From NCBI GenBank assembly GCA_964423445.1, contig CAYREQ010000002.1:60641-124640 (forward strand): 64,000 nucleotides of DNA, in the 5' to 3' direction. Below the pieces are notes generated by a model. The model was given only the letters and a program-made list of their open reading frames with translations. It was not told the origin of the DNA and made no database searches. A program made the translations under genes and the position numbers. Positions 51,201-59,386 of the stretch are shown in pieces. The DNA comes from an uncultured Candidatus Saccharibacteria bacterium (lineage in GTDB: Bacteria > Patescibacteriota > Minisyncoccia > Phycocordibacterales > UBA9973). Numbering within the stretch: the stretch's first letter is position 1; every line of letters starts with the position of its first letter.

Positions 51201-54200
51201 AGCTCCTACTGCAGGCACAAACCAAACTATTACCAATGCTTACTCACTTTGGGTAGATGCAGGCACAGCAAGATTTGATGGCGATGTTACAATCTCTGGT
51301 ACTTGTACTGGTTGTGCATCTACTTGGAACGCAATCACAAACCCTACAGGCACTCAATCACTTACATTTGATGATGCAGAATTAAACGCATGGACAGTAT
51401 CATCTGACACAGAGACTTTCCAAACTATTACTGCAAACTCACTAACTACTGGAAAGATACTTTCACTTGCTTCTTCTTCATTAACTACAGGAACATTACT
51501 TGATTTGTCTAGTAACGGTACAGCAGCAGGAGCATCACAAACAGGATTAAATATTTCTCTTGCTGGAACAAATGGAACAAGTGGTATTACTTCTTACGGT
51601 GCACAAATATCAAATGTGCACGCAGGTGGTACTTCTACAAATGTAGCTTTGCAATTATCTGCAACAAATGGAACTACTGCTAACTACGCTTTGTTAGTTC
51701 CAGCTTCAAGTGGAAGTGTCGGTATCGGAACCACAACACCAATAGCTGTGTTTGATGTGCAAGGTGCAAGTTATTCTTTGGGTGGTACAGGAGATGCTAG
51801 TGGAAATGGTTCCACTACTGCATTCGATGCCAGTACTATTCTTAATTATTTAAACGGTGGCTCAATTACTCAAGCAAACTATGCAAACGCAGATATTAAT
51901 GGTGATGGCTTAGTAAGCTTCTTAGATGCTGAATTGATTTCTCAGTATGTTTCTACAGCAATCACTCTTTCACAGGCTCAGCATTCAGTTGGAAAATATA
52001 TTGCTGGTAGAGCAATCTCAATTGCTTATAACGAGAATGTTGGTATTGGATATTTAACTACAGCTCCTGATAGAAAATTAGATGTCTATGATGCATCCAA
52101 CCCACAATTGAGATTAACCCAAGCTGATAATTCTGTGTACAGTGATTTTAAAATGGATAGCAATGGCGACTTGATTATTGTCGTTGATGGAGCTACAAAC
52201 CAGTTAGTTTTGGATAATGGCGGTAACATCGGTATCGGTGACACCACCCCAGCTGCCCTATTTACAGTAGGTAACACTGACCTCTTCCAAGTAAACTCTT
52301 CAGGTGCAATTGCTGCAGTAGTAGGTATCACAAACACAGGAATCAATACAAATACTTTCCAATCTGCCACAGCACTTACAGTAGCAAGAACAGGTACAAA
52401 CTATGCATTGCAAGTAGACACAAACACAGCTTCAAGTGAGACAGGATTAAAAATTACTGCAGCTGCTGCAGCTGGAGGAGTTGCTCTCGCTACAATTTCT
52501 TCAGGTACAGATGAATTCATGACTATCGATGCTAAAGGTGCAGGTGAAGTAAGAATCGGAGGAATTTCTACCGGCTCCATATTATTTGCTGGAGGTTCTG
52601 GTTCTTCTGGTTGTACTATTACTACAGCTGGTGCACTCACTTGTTCTGGTGCTGGATCTTTCTCAAACCTCTCAGGTACAAACACAGGAGACCAGACAAT
52701 TACTCTAACAGGTGATGTTACAGGAAGTGGTACAGGAAGTTTTGCTACTACAATTGCTGCTGACTCAGTAGCTCTAACTACAGATACAACAGGTAACTAT
52801 GTTCAATCTATTACAAACGGTTCTGGTATCTCAGGAGGTAACGGAGGATCTGAAGGTGCCGCACTTACTCTTGCACTCGGTGCACTCACTGCAGATTGGA
52901 ATCAAACTGGAGCATTCACTATTTCTCTAAACAATTCTTCTGCTGGACTTAAGATGTTAGAAAATGGAGGAACTCCTACACTCTTTGGTATCTTTGATGT
53001 AGCTGATCTTACTTCAACTGACAAAACATATACCTTCCCAGATACTTCAGGAACAGTATGTATCTCCGGAGGAACTTGTGCTGCTTCTTCTGTAGTTTGG
53101 AATACAATCACAAACCCTACAGGCACTCAATCACTAACTTTTGATGACGGAGAATTAAATGCATGGACAGTATCATCTGACACAGAAACTTTCCAGACTA
53201 TTACTGCAAACTCACTTACTACAGGCATATTATTATCAACCTCATCCACTGCCTTAACTACGGGGAGAGTATTGAGTGCAACTTTGGGTTCCGCCCTTAC
53301 CACAGGTGGCCTACTTTCTACTACTGGTGCATCATACAATCCAGGTGCATCTAATACTGGTAGTCTTATAAATTTAGCTTTTACTAATGCTGCTAATAAT
53401 ACTTCAGGCAGCTCGAATGTTACCGGTATAAATATTTCTCCGACAATTTCGGCTGCTGGTTCTGGTGGTAATCAATATACTTTCGGTATTGATATTCAAG
53501 ACGCTGCGGGTACGCCCGGTGTTGGAACTCAAGATATTGTTGGTATAAGAATTGGTAATCAAGGTAGAAGTGGCGCAGAAACTAGTTATGGTTTAATAGT
53601 AAATTCTCAGAGTGGTTCGACTAATAACTATTCCGCAATCTTTTCAGGAGGTAATTTGGGTATAGGTGATTCAACTCCAAACTCACTATTTACAGTTGGT
53701 TTTAATGATTTATTCCAAATCAACACCACAGGTCAAATAGGTTCACAACAAGCTCCAGTATCTGATTATCTTTTTGCTCTAGCTGGTACAACTGGAAATG
53801 ACAATTCAAGAATTATTGATATTACTCAAGCGAATAATACGTTAGAAGATTCTATTGTAATAAAAATAGCAAATACAGCCAATGTTGGTGTAGTTGACAA
53901 TGTGGGATGGGTTATTTACAATACAGACTTTAGACTTACTCCTACTGCTACAATTACCAATGATGGTGTAGCAGATTTATTTGGAAGTTATAATAATGTT
54001 AATCCATCTAATATTACTTTATCTGATGGAGTTAGTGATGCATTTGCAAGAGGTAGCCTCAATTACGTGGCCGGTAGCATTATATTTAATAGTGCATCTG
54101 GTTCAGATAGTTATGGGGAAGTAGGGGTTGGAGGTACCGTGGAAAGCTCCCCTACTTTAACTAGTGTGAGTGCGGGTTCTAGCTTCAATACCTATGCTGG

Positions 54201-57200
54201 GCAATTTATTAATAGTGCTACATCTGCTGGTAATGCAGATTTAGCCTCTACTGGATACGGTGTTTACTCTCTGATAAATGGAAATTTGACTACATCTGGA
54301 GACACTCTTCATTATGGAGGTTATTTTAATACTAGCGGTACAGCCGATACAAATTACGGGATATATTCTACAGTAACAGGAGCCACCACAAATTACGCAG
54401 GAATATTTACAGGTGGAAATGTAGGTATCGGTATCACTGCACCTACATCTGTCTTGCATGTACAACAATCTGCAGATTCAGCAGTCACTGCGACTCCAGT
54501 AGCTTTTGATGTAAACAGTGTCGGTGCAAGTGGTGAACTCACTGCAAGTAGCAGCGTACAGACTTTTGCTCGTATCGCTCCCACAGTCAACCAAACTTCT
54601 ACTGCAGGCTATACAGCATTACTAATAAATGCTACACAGACAGCCACAGGTAGTGGAGCAAAATTATTACAAGATTGGCAAGTAGGTGGTTCATCTGTCG
54701 CAAAGATAGATAGTGCAGGTGCTCTTACAGTTACTTCATGTACAGGCTGTGGAGGTGGAGCAACAGCTTGGACTAGCATAGCAGCTCCAGTCGGCACCCA
54801 GTCACTAACCTTCGATGACGGAGAATTAAATTCATGGACAGTATCAAGTGATACAGAAACTTTCCAGACTATCACTGCAAACTCACTTACTACAGGTATA
54901 TTAAATTCATATGTTGCAAATGCTCTCACTACTGGTGAAGTATTAAATATTTCTCACACTACATCTGTGATAGCTGATGGAGGTTCACTTATCAAAGCAT
55001 CTTCTACGTCAGCAGATACAGGAGGCTCTACTCAAGGTGTATTGCTAGACCTTTCTTCTACTGCATCCACTGCAGGTACACAATTCTTGCAGACATACTC
55101 TGGTCTTACCACAGGTATTGGACAAAAGATTGTAACAAATGGTCTCACTACTGGTACAGCATTTATTATTCCACACACTACAAGTGTGATTGCAAACGGT
55201 GGATCACTTGCAAGACTTTCTTCTACGAGTAATGATACATCCACAACCACTGGTGTACTTCTAGATTTGTCTTCTACTGCATCCACTGCAGGTACACAAT
55301 TCTTGCAGACATACTCTGGGCTAACTACTGGTATTGGACAATCAATCGTGGGTAATGCTCTCACCACTGGCTCACTACTTAGTATTTCTTCAAACGGTAC
55401 AGGAGGTACTACTGGCCAAAAAGGAATTAGTGTAGATTTGTCTGGAAGCAATGGTAGTGGATCACAGACTACTTATGGTGGATACTTCAGTAATACTCAT
55501 GGAGGTAGTGGCACAAACGTCGCACTATATACTACAGCAAGTGGAGGTACTACAAACCTTGGATTAAATGTAAACGCTGGGCAAGTGCTCATCGGAGGTA
55601 CTACTTTATCTACTAGTACTGAAGCAAAAATTAATATAGTTTCCTCTATGGCTTCAAACGGTTCTACTACTGCTATCGCTGGTATACATGGAGAATTTAC
55701 AATAAATCCATCAGGTGGTGGTACACAAGTCGGAAATCGTTTTGTCATGAACAATGCTCCTACATCTAGTGCAAACACTTCTATCAACCAAATAATAAGA
55801 ACTATAGACAACACATCACTAGCAAACTTGGTTCGTGGTATTGAAGTGGTATCAAATGCTGGTAGTAATACTGCAGGTACAAACACAGGTATCCGAACCA
55901 CAGGGGCTACATTTGGTATTCAGGCTATTACATCAGGTACAGCCGGAGGTGTGGCATTACCTGCTGCAATTTATGCAGAAAATACTGGTACAACTCAAGG
56001 AGATATAGCAAGATTTTACACAGGCTCTATGACTTCTGCACCATCGATGGTTCAGCTTTATCATGAAACTTCTACATTTACAGGAGCTGCAATACTTATA
56101 GATATGGCAGTAGGTGCAGCAGACGACACAAAATTTACCGGTAATTTCTTGGACTTTAAAGAGAGAAGTGTTCAGAGATTTAAAGTAACAGATCAAGGAG
56201 TAACCTCCATGGGTCTTGGCAACACTGCATCTACAAATGCTGTATGTTCTAGTCTCGCAAATGCCACAGGCCCTACTGCAGGTACGGCATATGAAATACG
56301 AGATTGTAATGCTGCTCCAGCCGCTGACTACGCCGAGATGTATCCAGTAGAATCCGGAGTAGAATTTGGAGACATAGTAGCTACGGGTACAGAGATGGTA
56401 AATACATATGATGTGACAGATGGAAATATTGATTGGACAAAAATAAAAGGAAAAATTACTAGACTTGAAAAATCTACACAAGCTTACCAGAAAAATATTA
56501 TAGGAATAGTATCAGACAACTTTGGAGACTTTACTTCAGCGGGTCACAACATAAAAGATGCTGATAATCCTATGCCTATCGCTTTGAATGGTCGTGTGCC
56601 AGTAAAAGTGTCTAATAGCTCAGCACCTATATTACCTGGAGATTATTTGACTACATCAGGAGATGAACCTGGTAAAGCTATAAAAGCTACCAAGGCAGGC
56701 ATTGTGATAGGTAAAGCTATAGAATCTTGGAATCCAAATACAGGTAAAGCCACAGTCATGGTTTATGTAGAACAGGGATATTACAACGGAGAAAATATAA
56801 ACAATTACACTGGCCTCGTATTAAATGGCTCTATAGAAGACTCTGCTTTGATTTTAGAAAAATTATTGAGTGACCAAACTGAATATAATGCACTCAATGT
56901 TTCTGAATTACTCACTGATCGTGTAGTAGCAGGACTAGAGATGATTACTCCTAGATTGGTAGCTTCAGTGATAAATACAAAGACACTAAATGTTTCCGAA
57001 GGTGCGACAATCAATGGCCTCGTAGTATTCGGAGGCACACCAGAGCTTCCTGGTAAAGTCACATTTGATTCACAAGTAGAATTTAACCTACCTCCAATAT
57101 TCAACAAAGATACTGCTGGTTTTGCTGTGGTCAAAGAAGGGGACAAGAGCGTACGTGTAGAATTTGAAGAACCATATATGGTGACACCGGTCGTCACTGC

Positions 57201-57624
57201 TTCTATGACTTTTGAAGTCACTGACAATATAGACGAAGTCACTGCAGAAGATTTGTTTAACCAAAATATATCTTCACTCGTAGTCCAAAAAGATGAGACA
57301 GGATTTACAATACTATTAAACAAGACAGCTCCACAAAATATTCGCTTCTCATGGATTGCACTAGGCGTCAAAGATGCTACAATTTTTGAGAGTCTAGGGG
57401 AAGGACTAGAAATCACTACTCCAGACTCAAATCAAGATTCCAGTGGAAATGGGGGTCAATCAAACGAGCCGGATCCAGCTCCAGCTCCAGCTCCAGATTC
57501 TACACCTGATCCGACGCCAGAAGAAAACCCAGATCCACAAGTAAGCCCAGACCCAGAACCCACACCTGACCCAGCACCAGAGCCTGATCCAACACCAGAA
57601 CCATCTCCCGAACCAGCACCATAA
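48262..57624 (+). CDS. Giant (3120 aa) secreted, repeat-rich surface protein (putative adhesin)
   Basis: Signal peptide. Thr/Ser/Gly/Ala-rich beta-type repeats. At least 4 copies of a roughly 43-aa module (WNxIxxPTGTQSLTFDDGELNAWTVSSDTETFQTITANSLTTG). A dockerin/EF-hand-like DINGDGLVSFLDAELISQYV motif. A distinct C-terminal domain of about 450 aa. A terminal Pro/Asp/Glu-rich PxPxP tail. Confidence 0.7.
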   Translation: MKTFFNFKKIRFIFSSLLVLVFSFFLASNFVYAAAGVPMLINFQGRLMDNTGALLGSAGGTDYCYKFSIWDATTGGSKIWPSGSPSTNTLVTRLGVFDATIGSADTLDLTFTDDQAYVEVEVATKVGGSCTTGGDEVFESLSPRPQIVSSGFAINSKTVGGFTPAQSATNNQIPVLTSGAIVLGHATTAGLNSTGSNALTIDAGTSGILNLNNNSSGNILLSNGVGSTGCTLTGASGAFACTGAITGSNLSGTNTGDQTWNGILAPTGTQTLTFDDGELNAWTVSSDTETFWTTTANSLTTGTLLSSSTTGLTTGKVLDLTLGSALTTGGAINISGASYNPGAGNTGNVASIAFTHAAGAASTSTVNGLNIAFTNSSGNTSGTSVTSGINIAPTVTANGTPGTEETYGIRIQSAAGTAGFGTQNNYGIRIGRQDVSSSENAYGIYLDVPQISSSDKTGIYVGSVSVSGQKGINVAGMVGSNTIGVEIGATMNTGASFSGKYLSVGNPTTGFIATASDTGNYIYANRNNTISGGNTLTVSGSLASLLSTCSGAGTCNDSAKILELTQSYASATGDVIAISNAGSGKDISGTSNTWNVSKAGAAVFVGVNSGAGLLQGQLGLTVTGAAVNLNASSNFATNINTGTSTGTVTIGGTAGNTINIGSDNTVADTITLGSALDSLAISSTNFKVSSGGAITGATGLVSSGTIQLSSLTSNGPLYTSAGNGTLTTTAPTSGAIGYWSRSGTTLSQTTANDLVSISTNSTVASNKTFESLQTGATSGTDYAGYFSNTGAATTNVGLYATATGGSNNYAAIFEAGRVGVGVTAPLFQLQVAGTTLIQPDSTWSSGDTSILLFSDDSSNFIKAYFTPAANSGSLEVRGYSGVDLTTNLGVVLHSTQQAMTNIGSNNDADALLEINGNRTVTAWGLNGIQLQASASTFTDSSTAISGTATNAVFNSFGIPTLAASNATVTTTNAATLYVAGAPTAGTNQTITNAYSLWVDAGTARFDGDVTISGTCTGCASTWNAITNPTGTQSLTFDDAELNAWTVSSDTETFQTITANSLTTGKILSLASSSLTTGTLLDLSSNGTAAGASQTGLNISLAGTNGTSGITSYGAQISNVHAGGTSTNVALQLSATNGTTANYALLVPASSGSVGIGTTTPIAVFDVQGASYSLGGTGDASGNGSTTAFDASTILNYLNGGSITQANYANADINGDGLVSFLDAELISQYVSTAITLSQAQHSVGKYIAGRAISIAYNENVGIGYLTTAPDRKLDVYDASNPQLRLTQADNSVYSDFKMDSNGDLIIVVDGATNQLVLDNGGNIGIGDTTPAALFTVGNTDLFQVNSSGAIAAVVGITNTGINTNTFQSATALTVARTGTNYALQVDTNTASSETGLKITAAAAAGGVALATISSGTDEFMTIDAKGAGEVRIGGISTGSILFAGGSGSSGCTITTAGALTCSGAGSFSNLSGTNTGDQTITLTGDVTGSGTGSFATTIAADSVALTTDTTGNYVQSITNGSGISGGNGGSEGAALTLALGALTADWNQTGAFTISLNNSSAGLKMLENGGTPTLFGIFDVADLTSTDKTYTFPDTSGTVCISGGTCAASSVVWNTITNPTGTQSLTFDDGELNAWTVSSDTETFQTITANSLTTGILLSTSSTALTTGRVLSATLGSALTTGGLLSTTGASYNPGASNTGSLINLAFTNAANNTSGSSNVTGINISPTISAAGSGGNQYTFGIDIQDAAGTPGVGTQDIVGIRIGNQGRSGAETSYGLIVNSQSGSTNNYSAIFSGGNLGIGDSTPNSLFTVGFNDLFQINTTGQIGSQQAPVSDYLFALAGTTGNDNSRIIDITQANNTLEDSIVIKIANTANVGVVDNVGWVIYNTDFRLTPTATITNDGVADLFGSYNNVNPSNITLSDGVSDAFARGSLNYVAGSIIFNSASGSDSYGEVGVGGTVESSPTLTSVSAGSSFNTYAGQFINSATSAGNADLASTGYGVYSLINGNLTTSGDTLHYGGYFNTSGTADTNYGIYSTVTGATTNYAGIFTGGNVGIGITAPTSVLHVQQSADSAVTATPVAFDVNSVGASGELTASSSVQTFARIAPTVNQTSTAGYTALLINATQTATGSGAKLLQDWQVGGSSVAKIDSAGALTVTSCTGCGGGATAWTSIAAPVGTQSLTFDDGELNSWTVSSDTETFQTITANSLTTGILNSYVANALTTGEVLNISHTTSVIADGGSLIKASSTSADTGGSTQGVLLDLSSTASTAGTQFLQTYSGLTTGIGQKIVTNGLTTGTAFIIPHTTSVIANGGSLARLSSTSNDTSTTTGVLLDLSSTASTAGTQFLQTYSGLTTGIGQSIVGNALTTGSLLSISSNGTGGTTGQKGISVDLSGSNGSGSQTTYGGYFSNTHGGSGTNVALYTTASGGTTNLGLNVNAGQVLIGGTTLSTSTEAKINIVSSMASNGSTTAIAGIHGEFTINPSGGGTQVGNRFVMNNAPTSSANTSINQIIRTIDNTSLANLVRGIEVVSNAGSNTAGTNTGIRTTGATFGIQAITSGTAGGVALPAAIYAENTGTTQGDIARFYTGSMTSAPSMVQLYHETSTFTGAAILIDMAVGAADDTKFTGNFLDFKERSVQRFKVTDQGVTSMGLGNTASTNAVCSSLANATGPTAGTAYEIRDCNAAPAADYAEMYPVESGVEFGDIVATGTEMVNTYDVTDGNIDWTKIKGKITRLEKSTQAYQKNIIGIVSDNFGDFTSAGHNIKDADNPMPIALNGRVPVKVSNSSAPILPGDYLTTSGDEPGKAIKATKAGIVIGKAIESWNPNTGKATVMVYVEQGYYNGENINNYTGLVLNGSIEDSALILEKLLSDQTEYNALNVSELLTDRVVAGLEMITPRLVASVINTKTLNVSEGATINGLVVFGGTPELPGKVTFDSQVEFNLPPIFNKDTAGFAVVKEGDKSVRVEFEEPYMVTPVVTASMTFEVTDNIDEVTAEDLFNQNISSLVVQKDETGFTILLNKTAPQNIRFSWIALGVKDATIFESLGEGLEITTPDSNQDSSGNGGQSNEPDPAPAPAPDSTPDPTPEENPDPQVSPDPEPTPDPAPEPDPTPEPSPEPAP
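49038..49165 (+). repeat. Intragenic repeat copy 1 (WNGILAPTGTQTLTFDDGELNAWTVSSDTETFW module)
   Basis: Near-identical sequence recurs at about 51324, 53097 and 54767. Confidence 0.8.
51324..51452 (+). repeat. Intragenic repeat copy 2
   Basis: About 85-90% nucleotide identity to the other copies. Confidence 0.8.
53097..53225 (+). repeat. Intragenic repeat copy 3
   Basis: About 85-90% nucleotide identity to the other copies. Confidence 0.8.
54767..54900 (+). repeat. Intragenic repeat copy 4
   Basis: About 80-85% nucleotide identity. The module reads WTSIAAPVGTQSLTFDDGELNSWTVSSDTETFQTITANSLTTG. Confidence 0.75.
55030..55345 (+). repeat. Tandem duplication of about 220 bp inside the giant gene (GVLLDLSSTASTAGTQFLQTYSGLTTGIGQ)
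   Basis: Two near-identical protein and DNA segments sit about 220 bp apart. Confidence 0.75.
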
Positions 57625-57635
57625 AAATGTAAATT

Positions 57636-58625
57636 ATGAGCGATACCAAAGAGTTAGTAAAAAGAAATAAAATTTTAGAACGCCGATGGAAAGTCACTAT
57701 TATTTTAGTAATTATCTTTATTATTACTAGGCCAATAGCCTTATATTTAGTAAAAAACTTTATAAATAAATCAGCAGAAGAAGCTATAAAAAATGATTAT
57801 CCACTTATTGATCCAGCTAGACAGTTTATTTCTCAAGAAAATTTTATCACAAATGTTCAACCATTACGTGAGTATTTAAATGAATTATCAGAAAAATATC
57901 CTAACTCTCTGTCTATTTATTATGAACAATTAAATTCCGGAGCAAATATTGTAGTAAATAAAGATCTAAAGTTATATGTCGCTAGCTTGATTAAATTACC
58001 AATTGCAATTGTGGCAGTAAAACAAGTAGAAAAGGGAATATGGGATTGGAATACAAAATTTGCTATTAAAAGTGAGGATTTAGATCAAGACTCTGGAAGT
58101 GTTTATAAAAATATTATGAATTTTGATCCAAACAATGATGTTCTCACTCTAGAGCAATTAATCTCTGCTATGTTGATTGATTCAGACAATACCGCAAAAA
58201 ATATTTTAGTTAATAATTTATCTAAAAAAGATTTTAATGATTTTGAACAAGAGGTTGGGTTTCAAGATGTATTTGATGAAAATGGGCACGCTTCAGCTAA
58301 AGAATATAGTAGAGTACTCAGAGTATTGTATACTTCAAGTTTCTTGGAAAGAAAAAATTCTCAAAAAATATTGGAGTTATTAGATAAAGCTAAATTTAAA
58401 AATTTCTTATCAAGGGGTGTTCCTGCTGATGTTACTTTTCCTCATAAGTATGGAGAAAATGCAAATGAAAAAATATTTGCAGATACTGGTATAGTTTATG
58501 TGCCAAACAAGCCTTACATGATTACAGTAATTTTTAAATCAAAAGATGTAACTGAAGAGAGTGTAAAGTTTGCTGAGGGTTTAATGAAAGAAATTTCAGC
58601 AAAAGCTTACGAAACTTCTAAATAA
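57636..58625 (+). CDS. Membrane-anchored serine hydrolase with a class-A beta-lactamase / PBP-like fold
   Basis: N-terminal TM helix. SxxK (ASLIK) and SDN (DSDN) motifs with class-A-like spacing. No clean KTG triad (HKYGE instead), so it may not be a true beta-lactamase. Confidence 0.5.
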   Translation: MSDTKELVKRNKILERRWKVTIILVIIFIITRPIALYLVKNFINKSAEEAIKNDYPLIDPARQFISQENFITNVQPLREYLNELSEKYPNSLSIYYEQLNSGANIVVNKDLKLYVASLIKLPIAIVAVKQVEKGIWDWNTKFAIKSEDLDQDSGSVYKNIMNFDPNNDVLTLEQLISAMLIDSDNTAKNILVNNLSKKDFNDFEQEVGFQDVFDENGHASAKEYSRVLRVLYTSSFLERKNSQKILELLDKAKFKNFLSRGVPADVTFPHKYGENANEKIFADTGIVYVPNKPYMITVIFKSKDVTEESVKFAEGLMKEISAKAYETSK

Positions 58626-58628
58626 TTT

Positions 58629-59195
58629 TTATATAGTTCGCATCTTTAAAACTTTTTTAAAGATTTTTTTGTTACTATTTTCTTTTGAAATAGTAGGAGA
58701 AGATTCTATATTTTTATTTAATAATTTTGCTAAATTATAAGTGACTTGTGGATAACTTTCCTTTCTATTTTTTAGAAAAACTTCGTTGCCAATTTTTGTC
58801 TTACTAGGGGAGGAGATTTTTTCTTCTTTTAGAGCAGGTAAACCGAGGGCGTAAGCCTTAAAAGTTAAAAAATTCTGCGGAGAAATTATTTTTAAAATTT
58901 CTCCTATTGTGTCTATATCTCCGACATCTGTCAAGTAAAATTTCCCATCAGAAGCCTGTAATTTGAGTTGGTTACAATCTGTAACCAACTGGTTTTGTTT
59001 TGTATTTAAACGATTTTTTAATACCTTCCAATAGTTCCTAGGATTTGTGGAATTTGTGGTAACAGAGACAATATCTACGATAGAGAAATACCATTTTTCT
59101 GTTTTCTCATCCCATTTTTTTCGTATTACGTCAAATTTTATTTTCTTTTGCCCCATTTCTTTTTTTAGCATAGTTATACATATAGTATATAACAA
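58629..59195 (-). CDS. Bro-N / DinD-like DNA-binding protein (phage antirepressor N-terminal-domain family)
   Basis: KWYFSIVDIVSVTTNSTNPRNYWKVLKNRL parallels the DinD/Bro-N core (xFWSARELAPLLDYRDWRNFQKVLARA). Confidence 0.45.
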   Translation of the reverse strand: MLYTICITMLKKEMGQKKIKFDVIRKKWDEKTEKWYFSIVDIVSVTTNSTNPRNYWKVLKNRLNTKQNQLVTDCNQLKLQASDGKFYLTDVGDIDTIGEILKIISPQNFLTFKAYALGLPALKEEKISSPSKTKIGNEVFLKNRKESYPQVTYNLAKLLNKNIESSPTISKENSNKKIFKKVLKMRTI

Positions 59196-59386
59196 AACTC
59201 TATAATCCTACAATATATATAAATAAAATTTATTTATAAAAAATAGTAAATTTACTATACAAATTTTTTTTGTATTAATGTATAATTATTAGTATAAATT
59301 TTGTGAAAAACTTTTTTATAAAAACTATTAAATTATTTTACTCTTACACAGAGTTTTTTTCTCATATTAAATTTAATAAAAAATTT

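Noticed and set aside
48262-57624. Possible CRISPR array or mobile repeat, suggested by the multiple near-identical roughly 130-bp repeats
   Set aside because: The repeats are in-frame inside one continuous ORF and are separated by 1.6-2.3 kb of coding sequence. The spacing and size are not CRISPR-like, and no cas genes are present.
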